64,000 bases of DNA from Actinomycetota bacterium (GCA_041178805.1 JBEGUQ010000001.1:3664-67663); one strand, 5' to 3'. Positions 1 through 11,600 are shown, numbered from the stretch's first letter. The notes: a model not told the origin generated them from the letters alone. Program-made: numbers and translations.

Positions 1-354
1 ACAATTGAGCTCAAAGGCCTAGAGGTTTTCGGTTACCACGGTGTGCTGCAGCACGAGAAGGACTTCGGGCAGATCTTTTTGATTGACTGCCGCTACCAGG
101 TCGAAGCCGAGGCTGAAGACCAGCTCTCCTCAACTGTCTCCTATGCGGCTATCGCGGACCTTTTGCATGTCACCGCAACCAGCAACCGCTTCGACCTAAT
201 TGAGTCATTGGCTTCCGCTTGCTTGGCCGCAGTTTCGACATCCGATAGCAAGATTCAAGCGGTGAAGATCACCGTGCACAAACCTCACGCTCCTATCGAG
301 CACGGTTTTGAAGATGTATCGGTGAGTGTTCAAAGCGGTCGGTTTGAAGACTAG
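1..354 (+). CDS. folB: Dihydroneopterin aldolase (5'-truncated by the window edge)
   Basis: Frame 1 reads TIELKGLEVFGYHGVLQHEK...TVSYA...FDLIESLA...VHKPHAPI, which are FolB motifs; precedes folK. Confidence 0.93.
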   Translation, partial: TIELKGLEVFGYHGVLQHEKDFGQIFLIDCRYQVEAEAEDQLSSTVSYAAIADLLHVTATSNRFDLIESLASACLAAVSTSDSKIQAVKITVHKPHAPIEHGFEDVSVSVQSGRFED

Positions 355-835
355 GGCGATCCTCGCACTCGGTGGAAATCTAGGCGACCGGGTGCAAACC
401 ATCCGCGAAGCAGTTTTACAAATTGATTCACATCCTGACATCTCGGTAAAGCGACAGTCCGGGCTCTATGAATCATTTGCGATGACATCCAAAGGCATTG
501 ACCAGTCAGAGCCGAATTACCTAAATGGCGTCATTGAGGTATCAACGAGCCTCAAGCCAAAAGCCTTATTGAAGGCTCTGAACGAAGTCGAGAGTTACTT
601 CGGCCGCGTGCGGCTAGAACGCTGGGCGGCAAGGACCTTGGATATCGACATCATTTCCTTCGGCAGTGAACTAATCGAAACCAAGTCTTTGATAATCCCT
701 CACCCAAGGGCTTTTGAGCGAGCATTTGTGTTGGTTCCCTGGGCAGAGCTTGACCCCGACTCAGTCTTACCAGGCCATGGCAAGGTAGCTGATCTCGCCT
801 CCCAATTGGCAAACCAGGTTTGGAAGTTTGAATGA
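344..835 (+). CDS. folK: 2-amino-4-hydroxy-6-hydroxymethyldihydropteridine pyrophosphokinase
   Basis: ALGGNLG, YLNGV and RWAARTLDIDI...IPHPR motifs; start may be 326 or 344. Confidence 0.95.
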   Translation: MKTRAILALGGNLGDRVQTIREAVLQIDSHPDISVKRQSGLYESFAMTSKGIDQSEPNYLNGVIEVSTSLKPKALLKALNEVESYFGRVRLERWAARTLDIDIISFGSELIETKSLIIPHPRAFERAFVLVPWAELDPDSVLPGHGKVADLASQLANQVWKFE

Positions 836-1299
836 AACTAGACATCCGTTTTCTAATTGGTTGGTTTGTTTTTGGAGTTGTGGCAGGCGCGGTCGCAAGT
901 CAACTGGCAACTGGCTTCGGGCTTGCCTTCCCAGTAACCGATGCGTTTTTGGTGACCAGCCTGATAGCTATTGGCATTGCGATTTACGGGGCGACCTTTC
1001 CGATTTTCCGCTACCGCAACCAGATTGAGAAGGCCCAACAGAAGAACGTGAAGCGACCTGATCCGCTACTTTCGTTCCGACTCTTGGTGGTCTCGAGAGC
1101 TGTGATGATTACCGGTTTGGGCTTTATGGGGTGGCACATTGGTCAGCTGGTCTGGCTATGGCTATTTTCGATTGCTCCAGCCGGTTTGGTGCTGCCCACC
1201 TTGATAGGTGTCGCAGCATCACTGCTGTTGTATCTTGGAGGCCTTGGGGCTGAATACAACTGCCGGCTCCCAAAAGACCCAGATGGAGAAACAGCGTGA
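832..1299 (+). CDS. DUF3180-like membrane protein
   Basis: Four hydrophobic segments and C-terminal AEYNCRLP; usual position after folK in actinobacteria. Confidence 0.75.
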   Translation: MKLDIRFLIGWFVFGVVAGAVASQLATGFGLAFPVTDAFLVTSLIAIGIAIYGATFPIFRYRNQIEKAQQKNVKRPDPLLSFRLLVVSRAVMITGLGFMGWHIGQLVWLWLFSIAPAGLVLPTLIGVAASLLLYLGGLGAEYNCRLPKDPDGETA

Positions 1300-1985
1300 A
1301 GATCGGTTTCGTAGGTAACGAGCCAGCCGGACCTGTTTTAGCAAAGGCCTGGGCGCAGGCTGGCCACGAACTGGTTGGTGCAGCTGTTGACTCGCCAGAG
1401 GCAATTGAGCGAGTTGAAACCCTGCTACCAGATCTTCCAATAGCTGGAATGGCAGCGGTTGCCGAAGATGCCGACCTGGTGCTATTCGCGGTTCCATATT
1501 CGGATGTCGAAATTGTTTGCGATGGGCTAACTGACCTCGGGCTTTTTGGGCCGAAGAAGTTAGTTGCCCACCTCTCGCCACTTCGTGGTTACGGAGTGCT
1601 CGCATCAGCTGCTCAGTTGGGAGCCGTTCCGATTGCGCTTCACCCGGTTATGCACTTCACCGGGACCAGTATGGACCTATTGGTTTTGAAAAATAGCACC
1701 ATCGCGGTCAGCGCTCCTGAGGTGCTTTTGCCTATTGCTCAGGCGCTGGCAATTGAGCTTGGCGGCGAGCCGCTGGTTATTCAAGAGCACCAGCGCGCAG
1801 CCTATGCCGAGGCATTTGAAGTTGCCAGCAGCTTCTCCTCGTTGGTGGTTCAGCAGGCTGTCGGCATCCTGGAGGAGGCTGGCGTTGAAGCTCCAGCCAA
1901 ACTAATTGGACCAGTGGTTAGAAGCGCCGTTGATAAAGCGCTCTATCAGCCGGTTACTCCGCTAGACCCTGAGGATTTGCTCTAA
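1296..1985 (+). CDS. Rossmann-like/DUF2520 oxidoreductase (putative alternative ketopantoate reductase)
   Basis: N-terminal Rossmann-like segment, HPVMHFTG motif, translationally coupled to panC. Confidence 0.75.
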   Translation: MKIGFVGNEPAGPVLAKAWAQAGHELVGAAVDSPEAIERVETLLPDLPIAGMAAVAEDADLVLFAVPYSDVEIVCDGLTDLGLFGPKKLVAHLSPLRGYGVLASAAQLGAVPIALHPVMHFTGTSMDLLVLKNSTIAVSAPEVLLPIAQALAIELGGEPLVIQEHQRAAYAEAFEVASSFSSLVVQQAVGILEEAGVEAPAKLIGPVVRSAVDKALYQPVTPLDPEDLL

Positions 1986-2833
1986 TGCAACTTATTCACT
2001 CGGTGTCTGAGCTTCGGAATTTGATCTCGCAACAGCGATCAAATGGGGCACGAATTGGTTTTGTGCCAACCATGGGGGCACTACACCAGGGGCACTCATC
2101 GCTTGTTGAGCTAGCTCAGAAGCGCTGTGATTTTGTGGTGGTTTCGGTATTCGTGAATCCGCTTCAGTTTGGTGCCAATGAGGATTTCGATAAGTATCCG
2201 AGGACGCTCGGGATCGACGCCAATTTGCTTTCCGACCACGACGTGGATGTCCTTTTTGCACCAAGTCCCGCCGAGGTTTACCCAACTTCTTCTCCGGTAA
2301 AGCAGCTAACTGCAGGCGAACTTGGGGAAAAGTTTGAAGGTGAGGTTCGCCCGGGTCACTTTGATGGAATGTTGACCGTGGTAAATCGACTCTTTGACAT
2401 CGTGGCGCCGGACTGCGTTTTCTTTGGACAAAAGGACGCCCAGCAGGTTGCCCTTGTGAAGCAGATGCTCAATGAGCAAGTAGCTTCCGGGCGACGATCT
2501 CCGATTGAGTTGGTGGTCGGTGAAACCATCCGCAACGAATCAGGTTTGGCACTTTCCTCAAGAAACAAGTTCCTGACTGAGCGGGATATGCCGGCCGCAC
2601 TGTCTTTGAGCAGAGCCTTGTTTGCTGGAGAAAAGGGAACCACTCGGCAAGAAGTGCTTGCGCTCGCTCGAGCGGAGATTTCCCCTGAGGCTAAACTTGA
2701 GTATCTAGAGCTAGTCGATGCGGATAGCTTTGAACCAACCGAACCGGGATCTTCCAAGGCAGCGCTGATTGTTGCGGCCAAGGTGGGCGAGGTTCGACTA
2801 ATTGACAATGTGTATATCGATAGGAAATCGTGA
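1985..2833 (+). CDS. panC: Pantoate--beta-alanine ligase
   Basis: [47 protein letters not shown]. Confidence 0.97.
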   Translation: MQLIHSVSELRNLISQQRSNGARIGFVPTMGALHQGHSSLVELAQKRCDFVVVSVFVNPLQFGANEDFDKYPRTLGIDANLLSDHDVDVLFAPSPAEVYPTSSPVKQLTAGELGEKFEGEVRPGHFDGMLTVVNRLFDIVAPDCVFFGQKDAQQVALVKQMLNEQVASGRRSPIELVVGETIRNESGLALSSRNKFLTERDMPAALSLSRALFAGEKGTTRQEVLALARAEISPEAKLEYLELVDADSFEPTEPGSSKAALIVAAKVGEVRLIDNVYIDRKS

Positions 2834-4314
2834 GCGAGCAAGAGATTGAGGTCGACGACCTTCCAGAACAGATCGCTGTTCGCATGCAAAAGCGTGAGCG
2901 TCTAAACCAGACCTCTTCCGCTTACCCGGTCTCACTGCCTATCACCCACACCATCGAGGCCGTTCGCGCTAACTACCCAAGTCTCGATGTAGACACCGCC
3001 ACCGGTGATGTGGTAGCGGTCGCTGGTCGAATCATGTTTTTGCGCAACACCGGAAAGCTTTGTTTTGCAACCTTGCAGGCTGGAAACGGCGAGCGAATCC
3101 AGGCCATGATCTCCTTGGACAAGGTGGGTGAAGAAGCCCTTGAGTCTTGGAAAGAACTAGTAGACCTCGGCGACCTCGTCTTTGTTCGCGGCGAGGTAAT
3201 CACCTCGAAGCGCGGTGAGCTCAGCATCTTGGCCGATGAGTGGTTGATGGCTGCCAAGACCATTAGGCCGCTACCTAACCTGCACAATGAACTGGGTGAA
3301 GAGTTCCGAGTTCGTCACCGCTACATCGACCTAATCGTTCGCGACCGTGCTCGCGAAGTCGTGAAGATTCGCGCTCAGGTAATGCAGTCGATTCGAAACA
3401 CCTTTGCAAACCGAGCATTCATGGAGATTGAAACTCCAATGCTGCAGGTTGTCCACGGCGGTGCTTCGGCACGTCCGTTCAAGACCCACTCCAATGCCTT
3501 TGACACTGAGCTTTTCCTTCGCATTGCGCCTGAGCTGTTTCTAAAGCGCGCTGTGGTTGGAGGTCTAGAGCGAGTCTTTGAGGTGAACCGTAACTTTAGA
3601 AACGAGGGTGCAGACCGCACTCACTCTCCTGAGTTTGCGATGCTGGAGGCCTACGAGGCTTACGGTGACTACCACACCATGGCACAGCTGACCCAGGATC
3701 TAATCCAGAACGCTGCGATGGATGTCTTTGGCACCCACCAGGTGCAGCTTGAGGATGGTACCGAGAATGACCTTGGCGGCAACTGGCCACGAGTCTCGAT
3801 GTTCCACTCGCTGTCGGAGGCTGCAGGTGTGGAGATCACTCCGGACACCGACATCGCAGAACTCAAGAAGCTGGCCAAGAGCGTCGATATAGACATCGAG
3901 CACCCACTGCACGGTAAGTATGTTGAGGAGCTCTGGGAGCACTTTGTAAAGCCGGGTCTTGATCGTCCGACTTTCGTAACTGACTTTCCAGTTGACACCT
4001 CCCCTTTGACTCGTGACCACCGCTCAATCTCAGGCGTAGTTGAGAAGTGGGACCTCTACATTCGCGGTTTCGAGCAGGCAACCGGTTACTCAGAGCTTGT
4101 GGACCCAGTGGTTCAGCGTGAGCGTTTTATGGCGCAGATGGAACTTGCCAAGGCAGGTGACCCAGAGGCGATGAAGCTTGATGAGGAATTCCTCAAAGCC
4201 TTGGAGTTTGGTATGCCACCTTCGGGCGGAATGGGTATGGGCATTGACCGCCTGCTTATGAGCCTGACCGGTTTGGGTATTCGCGAGACCATCCTGTTCC
4301 CGCTGGTGAAGTAG
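2830..4314 (+). CDS. lysS: Lysine--tRNA ligase (class II)
   Basis: OB-fold, [39 protein letters not shown]. Confidence 0.98.
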   Translation: MSEQEIEVDDLPEQIAVRMQKRERLNQTSSAYPVSLPITHTIEAVRANYPSLDVDTATGDVVAVAGRIMFLRNTGKLCFATLQAGNGERIQAMISLDKVGEEALESWKELVDLGDLVFVRGEVITSKRGELSILADEWLMAAKTIRPLPNLHNELGEEFRVRHRYIDLIVRDRAREVVKIRAQVMQSIRNTFANRAFMEIETPMLQVVHGGASARPFKTHSNAFDTELFLRIAPELFLKRAVVGGLERVFEVNRNFRNEGADRTHSPEFAMLEAYEAYGDYHTMAQLTQDLIQNAAMDVFGTHQVQLEDGTENDLGGNWPRVSMFHSLSEAAGVEITPDTDIAELKKLAKSVDIDIEHPLHGKYVEELWEHFVKPGLDRPTFVTDFPVDTSPLTRDHRSISGVVEKWDLYIRGFEQATGYSELVDPVVQRERFMAQMELAKAGDPEAMKLDEEFLKALEFGMPPSGGMGMGIDRLLMSLTGLGIRETILFPLVK

Positions 4315-4319
4315 GGGTT

Positions 4320-4505
4320 ATGACAACCACTGACATGCTCTTAGATGCACTGATTTCCTTGATTCCACCCGCCCTGGTTGGAGTCCTGTTTTGGATCATG
4401 CTGCGCTCAATTTTGAGAGCCGATAAGGGCGAGCGCGACACCTACGCCAAGATCGAGGCCGAAGAGCGTGCAAAGCGCGCTAACGCCTTGGGCGAACAGC
4501 CCTAG
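4320..4505 (+). CDS. Small single-TM conserved hypothetical protein
   Basis: One TM segment then ILRADKGERDTYAKIEAEER; G-rich SD upstream. Confidence 0.75.
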   Translation: MTTTDMLLDALISLIPPALVGVLFWIMLRSILRADKGERDTYAKIEAEERAKRANALGEQP

Positions 4506-4559
4506 TAGTTACCCCAAAGGGCACCTAGCATCTCTATTAGAGATTTTGGAGGTGCCAAC

Positions 4560-7016
4560 TTGTTCGAGAAATTTACCGACAAGGCCCGACGTGTGGTCGT
4601 GCTTGCTCAAGAAGAGGCCAAGCTTTTAAACCACAACTACATCGGCACCGAGCACATCCTGCTCGGACTGATTCACGAAGGTGAAGGCGTAGCAGCCAAG
4701 GCGCTAGAAGCGCTCGGTATCAACCTCGAGCAGGTTCGCGAACAGGTCCAGGAGATTATTGGCCAAGGCCAGCAGGCACCTAGCGGCCACATTCCATTTA
4801 CCCCAAGAGCCAAGAAGGTTCTAGAACTATCTCTTCGCGAAGCACTTCAGCTCGGTCACAGCTACATCGGAACCGAACACCTGCTACTCGGGCTAATTCG
4901 CGAAGGCGAAGGTGTAGCAGCTCAGGTGCTAACCAAACTTGGTGCAGACACCAACAAGGTCCGCCAGCAGGTCATTCAGCTGCTATCGGGCTTCCAGGGC
5001 AAGGAGTCTGTCGCAGTTGGCGGCGAGACCAACCCACAGCCAAAGGGCTCACAGATTTTGGACCAGTACGGTCGCAACCTCACCCAGGCAGCTGCCGAGG
5101 GCAAGTTGGACCCGGTGGTTGGTCGCGAGCGCGAGATTGAGCGCGTCATGCAGATTCTTTCTCGCCGAACCAAGAACAACCCAATCCTGATTGGTGAGCC
5201 AGGTGTTGGTAAGACCGCGGTTGTTGAGGGACTTGCTCAGGCAATCGTTTCCAACAACGTGCCAGAGACCCTGCGTGGCAAGCAGGTTTACACCCTGGAT
5301 ATGGGAAGCCTGATCGCTGGTTCTCGTTACCGCGGTGACTTCGAGGAGCGCCTAAAGAAGGTAACCAAGGAGATCCGCACTCGCGGTGACATCATCACCT
5401 TTATCGATGAGATCCACACCCTGGTTGGCGCTGGCGCTGCCGAAGGTGCAATCGATGCAGCATCTATCCTCAAGCCAATGTTGGCTCGCGGTGAACTGCA
5501 GACCATCGGTGCCACCACCTTGGATGAGTACCGCAAGCACTTTGAAAAGGACGCTGCGCTCGTTCGCCGCTTCCAGTCGGTTCAGGTCGCAGAGCCAACT
5601 CCGGCGATGGCAATCAATATCCTCAAGGGATTGCGCGATCGCTACGAGGCTCACCACAAGGTCTCAATCACCGACGCCGCAATCGTTGCTGCCGTTGGTA
5701 TGTCTGACCGATATGTTTCAGATCGCTTCCTACCGGACAAGGCCATCGACCTTATCGATGAGGCCGGTGCAAGATTGCGCCTGAGCTTCCTATCTTCTCC
5801 TCCAGAACTTCGCGACATGGAAGACAAGGTTGCAGTTGTAAAGAAGGCCAAGGAGCAGGCAATTGCCGATCAGGACTTCGAGCTTGCAGCAACCAAGCGC
5901 GATGAGGAGAAAAAGCTCACCGCCGAGAAGATGCGCATGGAGAAGGAATTCCGTGAGGGCAATGTCCAAAAGCCTGGCATCGTTGACGAGGGTCTAATCG
6001 CAGAAGTTTTGGCCCAGGCAACCGGCATTCCAGTGTTCCGCCTCTCTGAAGAAGAGGGCGCGAAGTTGATATTCATGGAGCAGGAACTACACCAGCGCGT
6101 TATTGGTCAGGACCTAGCAATTGCTGCTTTGTCCAAGACCATTCGCCGTCAGCGCGCGGGGCTAAAGGATCCAAAGCGTCCATCCGGATCATTCATTTTC
6201 GCCGGCCCTACTGGTGTTGGTAAGACCGAATTGGCAAAGGCTCTGGCCGAGTTCCTATTCGATGACGAAGACGCCTTGATCGCTTTGGACATGAGCGAAT
6301 ACGGCGAGAAGCACACCGTTTCTCGACTATTCGGTGCTCCTCCGGGATTCGTCGGATACGACGAGGGCGGACAGCTAACCGAGAAGATTCGTCGCAAGCC
6401 GTTCTCTGTTGTGCTTTTCGATGAGATCGAAAAGGCTCACCCGGACATCTTCAACTCGCTGCTTCAGATTTTGGAAGAGGGTCGTCTAACCGATGGCCAG
6501 GGTCGAGTCGTTGATTTCAAGAACACCGTAATCATCATGACCACCAACCTCGGTACCCGAGAGATCACTCGCGGAGCTCTTGGCTTTACCTTGGAAGGTG
6601 ACACCAAGAACGACTACGACCAGATGAAGTCGCGCGTAAACGAGTCGCTAAAGCAGAACTTCAAGCCTGAGTTCCTGAACCGTGTGGATGAGGTAATCGT
6701 CTTCCCTCAGCTCACTCGCGAGGAGCTATTGCTGATTGTCGACTTGTTCATCAAGCGTCTGCAGTTGCGTCTGGATGACCGTGACCTGAAGTTGATTCTG
6801 ACCAGTAGCGCCAAGGAGAAGCTAATTGAGCTTGGCTATGAACCAGCTCTAGGAGCTCGTCCACTGCGCAGAGTTGTGCAGCGCGAGATCGAGGATGCAA
6901 TCTCCGAACGCATTCTCAGTGGCGACATTCAAAACTCACAGGACATCTTGGTTGACTTCAGCTCCGGCGAATTCACCTTTGTCTCAACTGAGCGCGCGCA
7001 GTCGGTAATTTCCTAA
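4560..7016 (+). CDS. clpC: ATP-dependent Clp protease ATP-binding subunit ClpC
   Basis: [11 protein letters not shown] Clp-N repeats and two AAA+ modules ([16 protein letters not shown]); GGAGG SD. Confidence 0.98.
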   Translation: MFEKFTDKARRVVVLAQEEAKLLNHNYIGTEHILLGLIHEGEGVAAKALEALGINLEQVREQVQEIIGQGQQAPSGHIPFTPRAKKVLELSLREALQLGHSYIGTEHLLLGLIREGEGVAAQVLTKLGADTNKVRQQVIQLLSGFQGKESVAVGGETNPQPKGSQILDQYGRNLTQAAAEGKLDPVVGREREIERVMQILSRRTKNNPILIGEPGVGKTAVVEGLAQAIVSNNVPETLRGKQVYTLDMGSLIAGSRYRGDFEERLKKVTKEIRTRGDIITFIDEIHTLVGAGAAEGAIDAASILKPMLARGELQTIGATTLDEYRKHFEKDAALVRRFQSVQVAEPTPAMAINILKGLRDRYEAHHKVSITDAAIVAAVGMSDRYVSDRFLPDKAIDLIDEAGARLRLSFLSSPPELRDMEDKVAVVKKAKEQAIADQDFELAATKRDEEKKLTAEKMRMEKEFREGNVQKPGIVDEGLIAEVLAQATGIPVFRLSEEEGAKLIFMEQELHQRVIGQDLAIAALSKTIRRQRAGLKDPKRPSGSFIFAGPTGVGKTELAKALAEFLFDDEDALIALDMSEYGEKHTVSRLFGAPPGFVGYDEGGQLTEKIRRKPFSVVLFDEIEKAHPDIFNSLLQILEEGRLTDGQGRVVDFKNTVIIMTTNLGTREITRGALGFTLEGDTKNDYDQMKSRVNESLKQNFKPEFLNRVDEVIVFPQLTREELLLIVDLFIKRLQLRLDDRDLKLILTSSAKEKLIELGYEPALGARPLRRVVQREIEDAISERILSGDIQNSQDILVDFSSGEFTFVSTERAQSVIS

Positions 7017-7526
7017 ATGACCGAGAAGCTGGGTTATCAAGTCATTAAGAACCTCGGTGACATTGAGATTCGTCAGTACCCGCCACACATCTTGGTGAGC
7101 ACTAACGAGCCTGGCTCGATGTCAACAGCTGGCAATCAGTCATTCCGAAGATTGGCTAATTACATCTTCGGTGGCAATAACGCCGGCAAGTCAATCGCAA
7201 TGACTGCACCTGTGATGCAGGCTCAAAAAGATGAGGGCTTTGTCACGTCTTTCGTGATGCCAGCCAGTATGTCGATGAGTCAAATGCCATCCAGTTCGGA
7301 TCAAACGCTTAGCTTTACCGAGCACCCGGGTGGAAAATTTGCTGCTGTTTCATTCTCGGGATTGGCCAGTCAGCCTTTGTTTGATTCCAAGGCCAAGGGG
7401 CTCAAAGAGAAGCTGGCCGCAAGAAACATTGAGGTTACAGGGCCGGCAATTTATGCCAGGTTCGACGGGCCTTGGACTCCTTTTTTCCTTCGGCACAATG
7501 AGGTTCTAATTCCACTTCAGGGCTAA
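7017..7526 (+). CDS. SOUL family heme-binding protein
   Basis: IEIRQY, FRRLANYIFGGN, IAMTAPV, PWTPFFLRHNEV motifs. Confidence 0.88.
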   Translation: MTEKLGYQVIKNLGDIEIRQYPPHILVSTNEPGSMSTAGNQSFRRLANYIFGGNNAGKSIAMTAPVMQAQKDEGFVTSFVMPASMSMSQMPSSSDQTLSFTEHPGGKFAAVSFSGLASQPLFDSKAKGLKEKLAARNIEVTGPAIYARFDGPWTPFFLRHNEVLIPLQG

Positions 7527-7544
7527 TTGCTCCATAATTGCCCA

Positions 7545-8042
7545 ATGCTCTTGATTCGTTCCGCCCGCACCAGCGACGTTCCGCGCATCCAAAAGATCGC
7601 CGAACCACTTGTCGCTGATCGGGTATTGCTTGGCAAGGAAATGGTCGAGCTTTATGAATCAATTCAAGAATTTGTAGTTGCCGAGCTCGATGGCGAAGTA
7701 GTTGGCTTCGGCGCACTGCATGTGATGTGGCAGGACTTGGCAGAGGTTAGAACTCTTGCCGTTGACTTAGGTCACAAGCGTCAAGGGCTGGGAGCAGCAA
7801 TGCTCACCGAACTCCTAGAGCGCGCAAAGGCCCTAGGTATTCACCGAGTGTTCTGCCTAACCTTCGAGGTCGACTTCTTCCAGCGCCACGGTTTTGAAGA
7901 GATTTCTGATATCCCAGTTGACGCTGAGACCTATGCCGAGATTGTTCGCTCGAACGATGAGGGTGTTGCGGAGTTCTTGGATTTGGCGAGAGTTAAGCAG
8001 AACACGCTTGGAAACTCCCGCATGCTCAAATACCTAAACTAG
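7545..8042 (+). CDS. argA: Short GNAT amino-acid (glutamate) N-acetyltransferase
   Basis: GALHVMWQDLAEVRTLAV, VFCLTFEVDFF, NTLGNSRM; CATAAT box 6 nt before ATG 7545. Confidence 0.85.
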   Translation: MLLIRSARTSDVPRIQKIAEPLVADRVLLGKEMVELYESIQEFVVAELDGEVVGFGALHVMWQDLAEVRTLAVDLGHKRQGLGAAMLTELLERAKALGIHRVFCLTFEVDFFQRHGFEEISDIPVDAETYAEIVRSNDEGVAEFLDLARVKQNTLGNSRMLKYLN

Positions 8043-8051
8043 ATTTGTCAC

Positions 8052-8657
8052 ATGCCTACCCAGCAACAGATCTATGCCCGCCGTCGCGGAGTTCTCCTTT
8101 TGGCCCTGCTAATCCTTGGAGTCTGGGGTTGGATTTCGATCGCCAACCCATTTGGATCTGCTGCCCCAACCACTGTTAATCCAGCAACGAGTGAATCCGC
8201 CACTGTTTCTGCTGAAGCAACCGCACCTGGCGATGCACCAGTCTGCCAGCCGGGCGTAGTGCAGGTTGAGGTCATGATTGGCAATGAAACCGAGACTCTA
8301 AACACCTTCGGCGCAGATGAGAAACCAATGATTTGGTATTCGATCGTCAACACCGGTTTGGAAGATTGCAAGTTCAACGTTGGACTGCGCGGAACCTTCT
8401 TCACCATCACCTCTGGCGATCAGACCTATTGGTCATCCAAGCAGTGTTCCCGCGATGGCCTGACAGACTCTGAGGTAGTTCTTCCTGCCAACCAGGCATT
8501 CTCTGCTCAAAAGGGCCCGTGGGACAAGGTTTACTCGTCTGAGACCGGCTGCAGCGCTGAAACTAATGATTTAGTTCCAACTGGCGGCGCAACTTACAAA
8601 ATCAAGGTTGAGGTCAACGGAGTTATCTCAGAAGAGAAGACCTTCATCCTCAACTAA
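8052..8657 (+). CDS. Membrane-anchored extracytoplasmic protein (conserved radA neighbour)
   Basis: IYARRR plus TM helix, T/A/P linker, Cys-containing beta domain. Confidence 0.75.
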   Translation: MPTQQQIYARRRGVLLLALLILGVWGWISIANPFGSAAPTTVNPATSESATVSAEATAPGDAPVCQPGVVQVEVMIGNETETLNTFGADEKPMIWYSIVNTGLEDCKFNVGLRGTFFTITSGDQTYWSSKQCSRDGLTDSEVVLPANQAFSAQKGPWDKVYSSETGCSAETNDLVPTGGATYKIKVEVNGVISEEKTFILN

Positions 8658-9960
8658 TTGCTTGGTTGATTGCAGCTTTGACTAGCTGACCCTTTTCGCC
8701 GATCACTGTTGAGTGCCCAAGGCGTTGAGCTTCTTGATTACGCTGTGAGCCATTGGTGACGCCTCTGATTTCGCCAGCCAATGAGATCTCTCCGAAGGCG
8801 GCTATCTGGTGGCTGACAGGCTTGTCTTTCACGGCTGATGCAATCGCGATTGCGATTGCTAAATCTGCAGCTGGTTCGGTGATCTTCATTCCGCCAACGG
8901 TTGACACATAAACATCTTTATCTGAAACCGAGATGCCGGCTCGTCTTTCTAGCACCGCAAGAATCATGGCCACTCTCGAAGCATCAACACCGTTGGTGAC
9001 TCGTCTAGGTTGCGCCGAGGTCGAGTGAACAACCAAAGCCTGAATCTCTGCAATGAGTGCGCGCTTACCTTCAACGGTCACAGTGATGCAGGTGCCAGAG
9101 ACTGGGTTTTGCGAACCGGAAACAAACAGCGCGCTTGGGTCCGGAACCTCCAAGATTCCCTCGCCGGTTAGCTCAAAGCAGCCAACCTCATCGGTTGGGC
9201 CGAAGCGGTTCTTCAAGGTTCTTATGAATCGCAGTGAGGTCTGACGGTCACCTTCGAAGTGGCAGACAACATCCACTAGGTGTTCCAAGGTTCTTGGACC
9301 GGCAATCGATCCGTCCTTGGTGACGTGTCCGACTAGGAGCAGCGGGATTTCGTCTTGCTTTGCGGTGCGAATTAGATTGGCGGCAACTTCGCGAACCTGA
9401 GCCGGCATACCGGCAACGCCATCGATGTCGCTGGACGCAACGGTCTGAACCGAGTCGACAATAAACAGCTCAGGCTTAATTGCTTCAACCTGACCCAGTA
9501 CGGTCGCCAAGTCGGTTTCCGCAGCAAGGTAAAGATTTGGCGTTAGCGCGTTGGTTCGTTGCGCGCGAAGTTTTACCTGGGAGGCAGATTCCTCGGCAGA
9601 AACGTAGAGCACCTTCTTGCCTTGCTTGGCAAGGCGAGAGGCAACCTCGAGCAGGAGGGTGGACTTACCGACACCGGGTTCACCGGATAGAAGAATGGCA
9701 GCGCCTGGAACCAAGCCACCACCTAGAACCCGGTCAAATTCACCAACCATGGTTGGTTGGCTTTGGCTTTCACCGGTTTCGATCTCGGTAATTGGCCTAG
9801 CGGCTTGCGACTCGTTGAGTTTGAGCGCTCTAACCTCTTTGGTTGTTCCGCTGGTTTCATCCAGGCTGCCCCAGGCTTGACACTCGCCACAACGACCCGC
9901 CCACTTGACGGTGGTCCAACCACACTCAGAACACTTGAATTCGCTTTTTTGCTTAGCCAC
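8650..9960 (-). CDS. radA: DNA repair protein RadA/Sms
   Basis: C4 zinc finger CSECG...CGEC, Walker A GEPGVGKS, KNRFG motif. Confidence 0.97.
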   Translation of the reverse strand: MAKQKSEFKCSECGWTTVKWAGRCGECQAWGSLDETSGTTKEVRALKLNESQAARPITEIETGESQSQPTMVGEFDRVLGGGLVPGAAILLSGEPGVGKSTLLLEVASRLAKQGKKVLYVSAEESASQVKLRAQRTNALTPNLYLAAETDLATVLGQVEAIKPELFIVDSVQTVASSDIDGVAGMPAQVREVAANLIRTAKQDEIPLLLVGHVTKDGSIAGPRTLEHLVDVVCHFEGDRQTSLRFIRTLKNRFGPTDEVGCFELTGEGILEVPDPSALFVSGSQNPVSGTCITVTVEGKRALIAEIQALVVHSTSAQPRRVTNGVDASRVAMILAVLERRAGISVSDKDVYVSTVGGMKITEPAADLAIAIAIASAVKDKPVSHQIAAFGEISLAGEIRGVTNGSQRNQEAQRLGHSTVIGEKGQLVKAAINQAIS

Positions 9961-9966
9961 GAATGA

Positions 9967-9988
9967 AACCTAACCCACACCTGCGACA
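9967..9988 (-). promoter_or_regulatory. PafBC (RecA-NDp) type DNA-damage promoter of radA
   Basis: Minus strand reads TGTCGC-N10-TAGGTT, then 6 nt to the radA GTG; consensus is TGTCGG-N10-TA-N3-T. Confidence 0.75.
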
Positions 9989-10027
9989 CCTAAACTCTTC
10001 AAACGCACTGGTTTTGAAAGTTGAGAC

Positions 10028-10744
10028 GTGACAAAGAACCATAAGTACGAGTTTTGGTTAGTTTTGATGCTGTCCCTGGGAGCATCTGCGATCTGGTCTA
10101 CCATCTCCCTTTTGCGCAAGCTGGCCCAAGAAGGCGGTCTGGCTAAGGCAACCGCAACTCTGAATCGACCCCTTGCACAAATAGCTTGGCTAGACCTGGT
10201 TAGCCAAATCATCAGTATCGCTCTGGCACTGGTTCCGGTCTTGTTGGCGATCTATTTCTTGAAGCAGGACGGCATTGAACTTGGGCTAAAGCCGAAGTGG
10301 TCTGATCTGAAACAAGTGGTTTTAGTTGCGGCGGGAGTCGGGATACCCGGCATCGGTCTCTACTTTCTAGCGCTAGAGCTAGGTCTGACCGCGAGGGTCA
10401 TCCCAAGTGCGCTAGGCGATAACTGGTGGACAATCCCGGTGCTATTGCTTGCAGCGCTCAAGGCAGGTTTGCTTGAAGAGGTAATCGCGGTCGGGTTCTT
10501 TATGAGAAAGCTCTCAAGGTGGAAGCCCGAGGTTTCGATCTGGGGCCTAATCGTGCTTTCTGCTTTGCTTAGGGCGAGCTATCACTCCTACCAGGGCTTC
10601 TCTGCCTTCATTGGAAACTTTGTGATGGGGTTGGTCTTTGCTTTCTGGTTCCACAAAACCAAGCGCGTAGCGCCCTTGGTGCTCGCGCACTTTTTGATGG
10701 ATGCAGTTGTCTTTATTGGTTACCCACTGGTGTTTGGCTCATAG
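10028..10744 (+). CDS. CPBP (Abi/CAAX) family intramembrane metalloprotease
   Basis: LLEEVI, RASYHSYQG and LAHFLMD motifs; multiple TM helices. Confidence 0.88.
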   Translation: MTKNHKYEFWLVLMLSLGASAIWSTISLLRKLAQEGGLAKATATLNRPLAQIAWLDLVSQIISIALALVPVLLAIYFLKQDGIELGLKPKWSDLKQVVLVAAGVGIPGIGLYFLALELGLTARVIPSALGDNWWTIPVLLLAALKAGLLEEVIAVGFFMRKLSRWKPEVSIWGLIVLSALLRASYHSYQGFSAFIGNFVMGLVFAFWFHKTKRVAPLVLAHFLMDAVVFIGYPLVFGS

Positions 10745-10753
10745 GATTTGAAA

Positions 10754-11578
10754 ATGGACAATCTTCGCATTGCATTTATCGGTAGCGGGTCAATGGGCTC
10801 AGCCGTTCTCGATGGCCTGCTAGCCGCCGGTCACCCAAAGCCACTGATCTCCGCCACCACTCGCACCGAGGCGAAAGCCAAGGCCCTTCGCGATCGAGGC
10901 ATTAGTGCCTTGGCAGGAGAGACCTCTCCAGATGCGAATGCGCTCATGGCAGGCGATGCGGATGTAATCGTGCTGGGCGTCAAGCCCTACCAAATTGTTG
11001 ATGTGCTCACCGAGCTCAAAGGTGAGATCGGCAAAAACGTCGTTGTCATCTCGATGGCGGCTGGCATCAAGCTCGCCACCATGGCAGCGGTGTTAGATGA
11101 AAACCCAAACCTAATTCGCACCATGCCAAACACCCCAGCCCTTGTAGGCAAGGGAGTAACTGGTTTGGCTTCGGCCGCCACTTCCTCTCAAGAAGCGATC
11201 GACGCTGCCAAAGCGCTGTTCGAAGCAGTTGGTTCTGTCGTTGTGATCCCAGAGGAAAAGATTGACGCGCTAAGTGCGGTTTCTGGCTCAGGTCCTGCCT
11301 GGGTTTACTACATCATCGAACAGTGGGAGAAAGTTGCGATCTCCGAGGGCTTTAGCGAGGAAGACGCCAAGCTAATGGTCCGCCAGACTCTGGCTGGGTC
11401 GGTGGAATTACTTGAGAACTCAGGTGAGGAACCAAGTGAGCTTCGCCGCAAGGTCACGAGCCCCGGTGGCACCACCGAGCGGATTATTGCAACTTTAGAT
11501 GAGGCCGATTTGCAGGGCATTTTCTCCCGCTCGCTAAACGCAGCCGTTGCAAGGGCAAGGGAAATCGCGAACTCTTGA
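10754..11578 (+). CDS. proC: Pyrroline-5-carboxylate reductase
   Basis: FIGSGSMG, RTMPNTP, SGSGPA, VTSPGGTT. Confidence 0.96.
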   Translation: MDNLRIAFIGSGSMGSAVLDGLLAAGHPKPLISATTRTEAKAKALRDRGISALAGETSPDANALMAGDADVIVLGVKPYQIVDVLTELKGEIGKNVVVISMAAGIKLATMAAVLDENPNLIRTMPNTPALVGKGVTGLASAATSSQEAIDAAKALFEAVGSVVVIPEEKIDALSAVSGSGPAWVYYIIEQWEKVAISEGFSEEDAKLMVRQTLAGSVELLENSGEEPSELRRKVTSPGGTTERIIATLDEADLQGIFSRSLNAAVARAREIANS

Positions 11579-11600
11579 TATTCAGGGATAGTCTTATTGC

